NCBI RefSeq assembly: GCF_006345805.1
Contig: NC_043019.1
Location: 11,035,360-11,099,359, forward strand
Direction of reading: 5' to 3'
Length of the DNA: 64,000 nucleotides
Origin: Octopus sinensis
Lineage: Eukaryota
Below are positions 1-11,872 of this stretch, piece after piece (positions within the stretch are counted from its first letter, which is position 1; the number at the start of each line of letters is the position of its first letter). A model generated the notes under the pieces. The model saw only the letters and a program-made list of their open reading frames with translations, searched no databases and was not told where the DNA came from. Made by a program: the position numbers and the translations under genes.

Positions 1-2150
1 AGTTTTCTAAGCCTGAGAAAATTAAATAGGGGTGCAAATTTTGATTTTGCACCCCTCCAAAAATTTTAGATGTACTTGCACTCCCTGCAGCCCCTGTTCC
101 CAGGCCTATGTCATCATCACCATTCAATGATCATTTTTCATGCTGGCATGAGTTCGGTGGTATGCAGGAACTTGGCAAGCCAAAAGACTGCACCAACCTT
201 TACCGTCTGTTTTGGTATGGTTTCTATGGCTGGGTGCCTTTCTTAACATCAACCACTTTACAGAATCTACAAGGAAGTGCCGCAAAGTTCCTAGCTTTAA
301 GGGTATTGGGAAAGGCCTCATTGGACGCTTCAATCTTCCAAATTCTTTTACAAAGCTTAGAAAAACTGAAGGACTGCTGCAATAATTATGTGAATCTGAG
401 AAGGGAATATGTTGAATAAAATCATAATTAACTGATCCTCCTGTGTTTTCTTTTACCCAAAACCAGGAACTTTTCAGCACCGCTTTGCAGTGTGTGCTCT
501 CATAAATGAATTTGTCTTTTTTTTTTTAATATAGTAATATTCTTAAGATCACTCTAAACAAATTTGTATTTTGAAATCCTCTATTGATGTGAGCAAGTTA
601 TTCCTAACTAGTGTACATTCAACTGGTTTCATTTCTAATCTGAGTCTTCTTTCTATGTTCAACTTAACAAGGTGGGATATTTTTAAGGGCTTTTTCAGTT
701 TGCTTCCTGTACATATTCTATGCAGTTTAGGTTACTATTACTGATGAGTTGTAGTGCACCTGAGCACTGTATAGTTCATTATCATTGTTACTATTGGTGA
801 ATTTGCAGAAATGTTAGCATGCTGGGCAAAATGCTTTGTGGCATTTCGTCTGTCTTTACGTTCTGAGTTCAACTTTGCCTTTCATCCTTTTGGGGGGTCA
901 ATAAAGTAAGTACCAGTTTATCACTGGGGTTGATGTAATCGACTTAATCCTGATCATGAACTTGCTGGCCTTGTGCCAAAATTTGAAACCATTATTATTA
1001 TTTCATTTTTATACATCAGTATTTTATTTTCATTTTGGTTATGGGTGCAGGCATTGGCTGTGTAGCAAGAAGTCTACTACATGGTTCCGGGTTCAATCCC
1101 ACTGTCAAGCTGACCAAAGCCTTGAGTAGATTTGGTAGATGGAAACTGACAAAAACCTGGCACATGTGTGTGTGTGTGAATTAGTCTCTTTGCCTTGATA
1201 TTGCACGATAGTTGTAAACAAGCGTCACCGTCAAACAAGCAGTGTCCTTCATTTTAAATCTTCCATGATAAACATGTCTGGTCATGAGAAAATATTACCT
1301 ACTTGGAAACATATCAGGTGCCGTTTCCTCTGTGGTTTAGTCTTTCAGATTTGTCCTGGGTAAGAAGACTCAGAGTTTCAAAAAATGTGGAGCCACCTCT
1401 TGACCACTAATATTTCCTAGGCTTACTCTGACCCAGAAAAGTAATTACCTGTCAGGGACCCATCTATGGGCTAAGAAGCTTGTTGCGGAATAAACCCTCG
1501 TTGCCTTGTGAGTATCTGGAGATCCTTCAGGTGATCCAGTACCCTCTTTGATACCATTTCAGCAAATCCAGGGTAGGTGGAGCTCACCAGCCCTGTGATG
1601 TAATTCACCTAGAAGGCTGTTCCAATGTAAAAAGCTTCAACTTGCTGGATATCGCCCACCGAAATTAAGTACCAGTTACGCACTAGGGTCAATGTAACCG
1701 ACTTAATCTCTTTGTCCCCCCTGTGTTTAGCCCCTTGTGGGCAATAAAGAAATAAGAAGCTTGCTTCCCAACCACGTGGTCCTGAGTTCAGTTCCACTGC
1801 ATAGCACCTTGGGCAAGTGTCTTCTATAGCCTCAGGTCGACCAAATCCTCGAGTGGATTTGGAAGGAGGAAAACTGAAAGAAGCCTATTATATATATATG
1901 TGTTTGTCCTTCCATCATTGCTTGACAACTGATCTTGGTGTTTACATCTTCGTAACTTAGTGGTTCGGCAAAAGACCTGATAGAATAAGTCCAGGGATCG
2001 ATTTCTTCAACTACAAGGCAGTGCTCCAGCATGGCCACAGTCAAAATGACTGAAACAAGTAGTTTAAATTAATAATTTTGTCATCATTATACTGGTGCTT
2101 GGTATATAAATTACCATGTGCTAAGGTTATCTCTACAGACTTTCTATAGG

Positions 2151-2372
2151 TTAAGGCGGCGAGCTGGCAGAATCGTTAGCACGCCGGGTGAAATGCTAAG
2201 CAGTATTTTGTCTGCTGCTACATTCTGAGTTCAAATTCCGCCAAGGTCATCCTTTCGGGGTCGATTAAATAAGTACCAGTTACACACTGGGGTCGATATA
2301 ATCAACTTAATCTGTTCGTCTGTCCTTGTTAGTCCCCTCTGTATGTAGCCCTTTGTGGGCAGTAAAGAAATA
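2151..2372 (+). mobile_element. tRNA-derived SINE, family B, with 14-bp TSD
   Basis: Head ggcggcgagctggcagaatcgttagc..gagttcaaattcc. TSD agactttctatagg at 2137-2150 and 2373-2386. Confidence 0.9.
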
Positions 2373-2860
2373 AGACTTTCTATAGGAATTAAAGCCTGCA
2401 CCGATTTTTTTTTTAACATTTCATATTCATATACACCTAATATAAACAACAATGCGATTAAAGATGGAAACATGGGTGTATATGCCATTTCAGGGGGTTT
2501 TGCACCTTCTTCACTACCACATCCGACCTTTTAACTTTCTAGTTTATTATGGTAGTGTAACAAAATATGGCGTCTCTTACCATTTAGATCACTTTAAGAC
2601 AAAAACTGTCATGGAACCAAGATGCAGCCTGTGTGCTGCCAAATTAGTTATGGTAGGATTCGAACTCAGAATACAAAGAATCATCATAAATACCACAAGC
2701 CTAATTTTCTTATGGTTCTGCCAATCCACCACCAAAAGCTTGTTCATTTTACTGACCCCAAAAACATAGAAAAGTAAAGTTAGCCTTTGTGTGATTTGAA
2801 CTTCAAACACTCAAAATGCTGCAAGATATTCTGTCCAATGCTTCTATCAATTGTCTTTAA

Positions 2861-3074
2861 CCCTTTAGTATTTAAACCGGCCATATCCGGCCAAAATATT
2901 TAATCTGTTTTATGTTCAAACCGATCCAGGCTCTCACACCGACCCTACAATGTTATTCTACATTAAGTAATTACACCATCAAGATCTTGAAGATATGAGA
3001 TAATGCATGATTAATTCAAATCAATGTGAATCAATAAGCATTATGTTTGATTGAATAATCTGAACACTAAAGGG
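2861..3074 (+). mobile_element. piggyBac-type MITE (family 1)
   Basis: TTAA|CCCTTTAG ... CTAAAGGG|TTAA termini. Homologous copies at 4367-4585, 6985-7202 and 18122-18340. Confidence 0.8.
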
Positions 3075-4057
3075 TTAAGATGGTGTAACTTGAGGGAACT
3101 TTTGTTGGTTGTATCTGACATTGACCAGCCATGTTGAGGTTCTGGACTCTCCCTGTTGTAGGACAGATGATGGTTCTTACTGATCAGCTTGCATAGATAA
3201 TTTGACTGGAGATCAATTTTGTACATTATTAATTTACTCCATTCTTCAAATCAATGTTGCCTGTACAGATGCTTGGTGTACCAGACGTCAGGTGTTGAAG
3301 CGACCACAGAAATAGATTATTTTGCTGAAAAACATACTGCCCAGTCCAGGAACTGAAACTATGATCTTGTAATTACGAGTACAACACCTTAACCACTAGG
3401 CCATATACCCCTACTATTGCTATATTACAAATGAATATAATGCTTAGTCATTAGAAGACAGGGTAGACTACATTAAATTGTTTACCATATACACACATAC
3501 AGGAAGCCAGATGTGAACCTAATACCTTTTTCCATTTCTCATCTCGGTGCATCTTATGAATTCCATTTTAAGAGCAGGCCTGGCTGTATGGGTAAGAAGT
3601 TCATTTCCTAACGACATGCTTTCAAGTTTAGCCCTGTTGAGTGGATTATTGAGCAATTGTCTTATGAGTGGATCTGGTGGGTAGAAACTCAAAGCCTGTT
3701 GTAGATTAGCTATGTGCATATAAGGTGTCTGCTTGTTTTAACATTGCATGATAGTTGTAAATGAGTGTCACTGTCTTACAAGCGGTGTCCTTTGTTTTCA
3801 GTTTTCTCACAAAACATGTTTGGACCATGAAGAAATATTACCTTATTCGTAAACAGGTGAAGAAGGGCACCTGTCGAATATCTGCATTAATATTATCTCC
3901 TCCATGTAAAAATGACAGGTGTGAGCTAAAAAGCTCTCTTTCCAACCACATGGTTCTGGGCAGTCCTACTGCATGGAACCATTGGCAAGCATCCCTATAA
4001 CTTAGCCTCAAGTAGATTTGGTAGACAAAGTGAAATAAGCCCGTAGTATATATATAT

Positions 4058-4117
<60 letters not shown>

Positions 4118-4366
4118 ATCTATGTGCAGATGGATGCCAACAGCTCTATAAAGATGTGTTGTTCAAAGTGGATGGAACATGTGGAAGAGGGAAACCCAGG
4201 TTGATTTAACCCTTTAACATTTAAGCTGGCCACATCCAGCTCAGATATTGTTTTATGTCCAAACTCACCAGATCTGGATTCTCACACCTGTTCTACAATG
4301 TCATTCTAAAAGTATTCAATCACATCACCTAAACTTCAAACCTGAGATAATGCATGATTAACTTAA

Positions 4367-4585
4367 CCCTTTAGTGTTCATATTATTGAATCAAACATAA
4401 TGCCTTTTGATTCCCATTGATTTGAATTAATCATGCATTATCTCATAGCTTCAAGATCTTGATGGTGTAATTACTTAATGTGGAATAACATTGTAGGGCA
4501 GGTGTGAGAGCCTGGATCTGGTCAGTTTGAACATAAAGCAGATTAACTATTTTGGCCGGATATGGCCGGTTTAAATACTAAAGGG
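4367..4585 (-). mobile_element. piggyBac-type MITE (family 1), inverted copy flanked by two older partial copies (4211-4362, 4591-4772)
   Basis: TTAA TSDs at 4363 and 4586. Nearly the reverse complement of 2861-3074. Confidence 0.8.
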
Positions 4586-6984
4586 TTAACTTAACTCTTT
4601 AGCATTCGGATTACTTTGCCAACTGCAATGCTCTTTTAATCGTACATAATCTTGTAGCTTTCAGATTTTGATGTGATTGTTTATTATTTAGAATGACATT
4701 GTAGGGTGGGTGTGAGAGACTAGATCTGTCCTGGCTGAGCATTTGACAAAATAATCTGAATGCTAAACAGTTGAATTAAGTCAGCCCTTGTCCCCTGCTG
4801 TCTCATCTGAAATCCATTAGAAATTGAAGCAGGAAGAAGCCGAGCTAATCATATAAAAATCATCATTTAATGTCCCCTTTTCTATGCTTGCAGGTTTCAG
4901 CCAGAAATTGTTGAGGGGTGGGGTGTTCATTCAATGGATAGATGCCCTTCCTATTAACAAACCTCACTTGTTACAAGGAAAATAAATTCCTCCCCCCATG
5001 GTTGGACAAACTTTTTGCAGAAGACTAGAAAGGAATATTGCTCACTTGGTGACACAACTATCACAATAACATAAGGGTGCACACAAACATTAACATTTAA
5101 TGCCTGTTTCCCAGGCTGCATCAAGCACCAGTTCTAACTATGCTGTTTTCTTTGGTTCAACACCCTTTCTAATACCAACCATCTTACCATGTGTATTGGG
5201 CATTTTTTTTTTTGACACCGACACATGCATGGCTGTGTAGTAAGTCTGCTTCCCAGTCACATAGTTCTGGGTTCAGTCCCGCTGCATGGTACCTTGGGCA
5301 AGTGCCTTCTACTATAGTCTCAGGCCAACCAAAGCCTTTTGAGTGCATTTGGTAAGAAACTGAAAGAAGCCTGCAGTATGTATAGCAGTGGTTTTCAACC
5401 AGGGTTCCGCAAGAAGTTACAAAACTGCTAAAATCGGCAGTAATTTTTAATTCTCCTTTGTAGATATGTGTGCATAAGACTATTAAATTATTGCACAGGG
5501 GTTCCTTGAGCCAGTGGAATGTTTCCTTGGGGTTCCGCTCCAGCAAAAAGTTTGAAAAGCACTGATGTATATACTATATATACATATATATATACAAAGT
5601 TGTGTCCATCCCCCCACCCCCTGCATAACTGATGCTGATGTGTTTATGCCCCCAGAATTTAGTGGTTCAGCAAGAGACCAAAAGAATAGGTACTAGGCTT
5701 ACAAAGAATAAGTCCTGGGGTCGATTTCTTTGACTAAAACCCCTTTAAGGTGGTGCTCCAGCATGGCCAGTCAAATGACAGACATATACAAACACCGTTG
5801 GCTTCTTTCCATTTCTCTCCACCAAATCCAATTACCAAAGGTGTGACAGTGAGACTGGAGCAGAGACTACAACCAGGGAAAGCAAAGCTTGTTAATCAGA
5901 CAAGCATGCTCCACGCCGGTGAATATCACCACACGACACATTGGGAGAAACCCTTTCTCATTAGACATCGTTAAACAAATCCATCTTGCATGCATATTCT
6001 TTTATCCTTTCACTAGTTTCAGTCATTGGACTGTGGTCATGCTGGAGCACCACGGCCTTAGATGGTAGACTAATCCACTTTCTGGTTCAACACCACAACC
6101 TGTTACCTTGGGTTACTTAAGCACAAAGTCTGTAAGCATTTGAACCAGGGTTTAGGGTCACAGAATCCACATCTCTGCCTCTTTCCAAGGGACATGAGCA
6201 TCACACCCTCTCTGACTTGATAATAGTGTTGCATACTTTGATATAATTTAGTAATTCATCATCATCATCGTTTAACGTCCGTTCTCCATGCCAGCATGGG
6301 TTGGATGGTTCAACTGGGGTCTGGGGAGCCCGAAGGCTGCACCAGGCCAGTCTGATCTGGCAGTGTTTCTACAGCTGGATGCCCTTCCTAACGCCAACCA
6401 CTCCGAGAGTGTAGTAATTCAATAAATAGAAATTGATACAGGTAATACAATGAACTAAAATCCCTTAAAGGTTATGGTTAAAACCATTAAATGAAAGAGG
6501 AAAAGCATTCCGGTCATGTTTTGTCTTTTTCTCATGGATTTTATATCAGGAATTGCTTATCCAATATATTCATTCAATTTCAGGACAATAGGTTGAGATT
6601 TGACTTTTATGTTCAGCAATTTGAGCAACCACATACAGGCTGCACACCAATAAGGTGGCTGTGTGGTGAACAAGTTTGCTTCCCAACCACATGGTTTCGG
6701 GTTCAGGCCCACAAAAGCCTTGTGAGCAGATCTGGAAGACAAAGCAAGAAAACAAAATGCTGAACATGTGCTTTTACTTATATGAAAGTCACAATGTCCC
6801 GAGCTGCGTTGCTGCTGGCCACACCTGCCAATAAATCATCAGTGCAGGAGTGGCTGTGTGGTAAGTAGCTTGCTTACCAACCACATGGTTCCCAATCCAC
6901 TGGCCCAAAAGCTTAAGACCACACGGCCAACTTCTTAAAATTAGTGACCCACATAATACAACCACCATCTTGGAGGTGGTTTAA

Positions 6985-7202
6985 CCCTTTAGTGTTCAAA
7001 CCGGTTATATCCGGCCCAAATATTCTGCTCATTTTATGCTCAAACTGGCCAGAACCAGTATCTCACACTTACCCTACAATGTGATTCTAAAAATAAGCAA
7101 TTACATTTTTTAAATCTTGAAGCTACAAGATAATACCAGATTAAATTTTTAAAATGTAAATGAATAAGGATTACTTTTGACATTAATTTGAATGCTAAAG
7201 GG
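6985..7202 (+). mobile_element. piggyBac-type MITE (family 1)
   Basis: TTAA|CCCTTTAG...GCTAAAGGG|TTAA, with an internal sequence shared with 2861-3074. Confidence 0.75.
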
Positions 7203-8179
7203 TTAACTGAACAATTTGACCCCAGCATTTATTCTTCTTAAGGTCTAGTGCTTATTCCATTGGTATCTTTTGCTGAACTTCTAAGTCACAGAGACATAAA
7301 CAGCAGTTGTCAAGCAGTAGGGGGACAGAAGCATCCACCCCATTCCACACACTATATATCCTTTACAGTCATTAGACTGAAGCCATTCTGGGGCACCACA
7401 CACAAATATATATATACATATATATGACATTGCATCCTTTAAGGCCCTCATGCTTTCCGAAATCCGCCAAAACTACACCTGATTATACATACACTTTAGA
7501 TGAATTGTAGTGCACCTGATCACTGTAAACAATGTTTTTATTATTATTATTATTATTATTATATAGGATGAGCTTCAATCTACCAAATTCACTCGCAAGG
7601 AATTGGTCAGTCCATGCCTATGGTGCTATGTAAACGGACCAAACTCAAAACTACATGGATGCAAAGCAAGCTTCTTAACACAGCCGTGCGCGAGTAAAAA
7701 ACAAAAGATAACTTATCAGTTTTCTTAGTGAAAGATATATTTATGTATGCCCCAGCATGGCCGGGCTTTTGCAAAGTTTCTGTTGACCACAAATTACATG
7801 GAACTGGCCAACCTGGAGCAAAAGGTAAAAAGTTGCACAGGGTGATTGAACTTGGAACCACATGACAACTGTGAAGCAAACTTCTGAACCATGAAGCCGT
7901 ATTATGTTGTTCGGATAGTGGTCAGACAATCCAAGGAGGACCTTACCCACTGACATCACACAAAGGGAAAGAATGTAATATAAACTACTACTATTAACAA
8001 GAGAGAAGGAAGGGTGACAGGGAGGTTTATGAATGAAGAAGCGTCCCCCCACCCATCCTTTCCCACAACACAACCAGCACTTGATCCCTAGCACAAGAAC
8101 CCTGCAAGCATTGGAAATTTTTCAAGAATGCAATAGAATATGACGAGCAACCTCGTCAGTCATACAAGTCATCAACGGC

Positions 8180-8263
8180 AACAGACTCCAACAGATTTCT
8201 TTTATTATACATTTTCAAAAAAAAAAAAATAAAAAATAAAAAAATAAAAATAAAGTCAAAATT

Positions 8264-8294
<31 letters not shown>

Positions 8295-10558
8295 AAGGAG
8301 AGTAAGAGAAAGAGAGTTAGAGAGAGAGAGAGAAAAAATATTTCCATATTTGGACAAAGTTTCCACTGAATACATTTTTGAAGTTCATGAAATTTCACTT
8401 GAAAAAAGCTGACCAAAAGCACTCCACCGACATGTAGGACATGTAGCGTCCAGTTGGAACATACATCAAGCAGTTAAGTACACAGATTAACTAAAGATTT
8501 CAAAGCCAATGCAACAAAGTTGTTCTGGTCAAGTTAGTAGTGGACAGACCAGCTGAGGAGAGAGGAGAGGAGAGAAAGGAGAGATTAAGAGAGAGAGATT
8601 AAGAGAAATTTAAGTGTTATATCTCAGGTTGTAGTAGTAGTATTAGTAGAAGTGGTGGTGGTGGTGATAGCAGTGTGTCAAAGTGTGGACAAAGAGCAGA
8701 GAGGTGGACAGCAGAGTGTGAGAAGAAACTAAGACCCTACAGCAAGGTTTTGGGCAGAGTGTGTGTGTATGTGTGTATGTACATGTTAGATATATATCTA
8801 TATATATATATATAGTAGTAGTAGTAGTAGTTGGGGCCCTACGCTAAGGCAGACATCTAGACACAATGATTCAAACCACCAACGCACAGACACATTCCAA
8901 CACTCATCAAGCAAATTACGTCAGTCATTATTCACCCTTAGTCTATTGTAGCTTACGGTCAATGCAACCAAGCAAGCCACCCACAAACTATTACGGGGAC
9001 ACGCACACATATACCCTCTGTAAACAGAAGCCCCTGCACACACGCAGCCAGACGAGTGGGTGGGTGGGTGGTAAGGAGGCGAGGAGCAAAAAGGGGACCA
9101 ATATTGTCGGGATGTAAAAATTTGTATAAGCAACCTAACTACAGACATTAGGGAGTGGTGGGTCAGGTAGGATTTACTAGATTTAGACTCCACCAGACAA
9201 ACAGACGGACAGAGTGGGGGGAGGGGGAGTCGTGAAGGCCCAGTCTCTTTGAGTTGAGTTCTAAGTGTCCGTTTTACAATGGGGGGGAGAGGGGGAAACG
9301 AGGAAAGGAAAGAGAGAGACAAGAGAGAGAGAGAGAGAGAGAGAGGAGGAAGAAGAGGAAAGAGGGAGGAGGAGGAAGAGGAGCCAAAATAAAAAAATAA
9401 AAAAAAAGGATGTGAAGAAATCAAATGACAGGCAATGAGATATGAAATGGCCAGTAGATGGCGCTTGCAGATGAAAAAAAATTGCATCAACATACACAGA
9501 TACTCTCAAGAACCGCTTTCTGCCCTTCATCAATATAATTGTTATTATTATTATTAGTAGTTAGTAGTAGTAGTAGTAGTAGTATTATCATTATTTCTTT
9601 ATTAGTACATTAGTGGAATTTTCTTTGATAATATTGGTTGTTTCCAAAAAAAAAAGTCTGACAAGCATCATTTAAAAATTAAAAAATAAAAATGAAAATA
9701 AAAATAGAAAAAAAAAAAAGCCAATGCACGTTGAATTGAAAAGCTGGCTGGCGGGAGAAGCCAATCTTGAAGAACGACAAGAAGAACAAGACGGGGGGTG
9801 CATGGCTTTTTTTTTTTTTTTTTTTTTTTTTTTGTGATGGTTTAGTTTTGATATATGAAGGAAGTTTGAAAGATTTCTGGTCATTGGTTCTAGTTCAGTT
9901 GGACAGCCCGTTTATTCAATAGTACTGGCTCAGTAAGAATACAGAAAAATTCTTTAAAGAAAAATATTTTCCAGGGGAGTGGGGCGGGGGATGGGGAGGA
10001 AAAATTTTTTTTACATTTTTCGGGGGGGAAAGAAAGAAAAAAGGGGGTCTGGTTTTGTTTTAAAAATGCCAAGAACTTTTTCAACAAATGTATCCCATTT
10101 TTTATCTCGTCTCTTTCATTTCTTTTTTGTTTCTTTCTTGGGTTTTTCTCTCTCGCAGGTTAAGAGGCGGCAGAGAGGAAAAACAAAATCAAAAAAACGT
10201 AAATAGGAAGAAACGAAGACACATTATGTCGAGCAAAAAGACTTAAGCATGTAAATTAACCAGAAATTCTTAACCAAAAAAAAAAAAAAGATGGGGGTAG
10301 ATAGATAGAAAGAGAGAGAGAGAGAGAAGAGAGAGCGAGTGAGAGAATTTAAAAAAAAAAAAATTTCCAGATCAAAAGCAATATTTTTTTTTGTGCCAAT
10401 CACTCTGTATGGCAGAGATGCTTAACGCGCCATTTCTGAAACCTAGGACAGGAAGAAAGCAACAGTGGATGATGTTTTTTTTTCACCAGTAGGCAAATTT
10501 TGACACAAACACAAATGAAGACAGCACTTGCGGCCATGTGGCTTGGATGCCAGCAACA
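8180..10558 (-). other. Probable long 3' UTR of the stathmin gene
   Basis: Follows the stop codon. I see no SINE copies here. U-rich and C-rich tracts on the mRNA strand, and AATAAA on the minus strand at 9911-9916 and 8201-8206. The end point is inferred. Confidence 0.55.
8201..8206 (-). terminator. Candidate distal polyadenylation signal AATAAA
   Basis: Plus-strand tttatt, followed on the minus strand by a GU-rich stretch (ctgttggagtctgttgccgttgatg). Confidence 0.45.
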
Positions 10559-10645
10559 TTAACTGTTGTCAACCACACACTCGTAGCTATCATCATCTTC
10601 ATGGACAGACAACTTGTTTTTACGCACCTCTTCAATACGTTTTTC
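10559..10645 (-). CDS. STMN: Stathmin last coding exon: EKRIEEVRKNKLSVHEDDDSYECVVDNS*
   Basis: Acceptor gtttctttttcag|. EKRIEEVRKNK matches the stathmin C-terminal xKHxEEVRKNK motif. TAA at 10561-10559. Confidence 0.92.
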   Translation of the reverse strand, partial: EKRIEEVRKNKLSVHEDDDSYECVVDNS

Positions 10646-11794
10646 CTGAAAAAGAAACACAAAAAAAACGCTCGTTAGAAGGGCAGTTAACGAATCCGTG
10701 AGCTGCGTTTCATGAGCTCGCAATAATTTCCAACATCAGTCAAGACCCTAAAATCTTTAACAACCCTAAAACTGATCTAAAGAAAGAAAAATGATGAAAA
10801 AAAGATTCCAACCACAAAACACTGTTTCTAGAACTAAATCCCTGGAATTTAACAAATATGTTTCAAAAGTACTGAGCCAATCCCATTGGAAACTGAATGT
10901 GTATTAAGGGTGATAACACTAGATACCCTGCTAACATTAACTATTCAAAAGAACTGCATTAAAGGCACAAATTGTACACTGCCATGCACCCTCCCATGTA
11001 ACTATTTACATATTGAAGCGGGGGGCTGTAAAAATACCCAGAACCCAATAAACTCTATTTAGAAACCTGTCTCTGGCTCAGCTATTAAAGGGGCCATACG
11101 TCCCTCTTACCTGTATTCGTCCAAGAGAGAACTCAATTATATTACCATTGCTGATATTGGATCCCCCACACCACCACCCAAAAAATAATAAAAACAGAGG
11201 TGAAGGGGTAGTAATTATAAATTGGGGAGTGTTTGTGACTGATGGAGCATTATTCGGAGCACAAGAAACATGCTTTCTAACTAGGAAACCAAAACATGTA
11301 GGATAGATAAACGTAGTAAATAATGAATATAATAATAAGAATAATAATAATAATAATGATAATCAATAACGATAAATATAAAATGACAATGAATGATACG
11401 ATGAACTCTTCTTATGAATAAGAATAAAAGGATGAAAATATCGTCCACATGCGTTCTTACATGTTCCTGAAGACGGTCCTGAATAGCTTTAATCACTCCC
11501 TCTCTGTTCTTGATAGCTGAATCCATTTTCTGGAAAACCTTTTCACCAATCTTCTCCCCAGAAGTTTTGTACATTGTCTCACAAGCATTGTTTACCTCCT
11601 TAATATGTTTGTCCTGTTGAGAACAGAGCCCAGATCAACTAGTTATAACAAGACAGCCAACCAAACAAACACAATCAGAGATCAACAAGCCATTTGCAGA
11701 AGATCTGCCGCCTAAATACGGTAACTTACAGCACCAACAGTCACAACAAGCAACAGCTGAACAATCACAGTTGATACAAATTATCAACACACAA

Positions 11795-11872
<78 letters not shown>

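Noticed and set aside
5890-5975. THWEKPF resembling the C2H2 linker HTGEKPF
   Set aside because: There is no Cys-x2-Cys or finger spacing nearby.
9973-9998. G-quadruplex-like run GGGGAGTGGGGCGGGGGATGGGG
   Set aside because: It lies on the non-transcript strand of the UTR (the mRNA is C-rich here), so it cannot form an RNA G4, and there is no other support.
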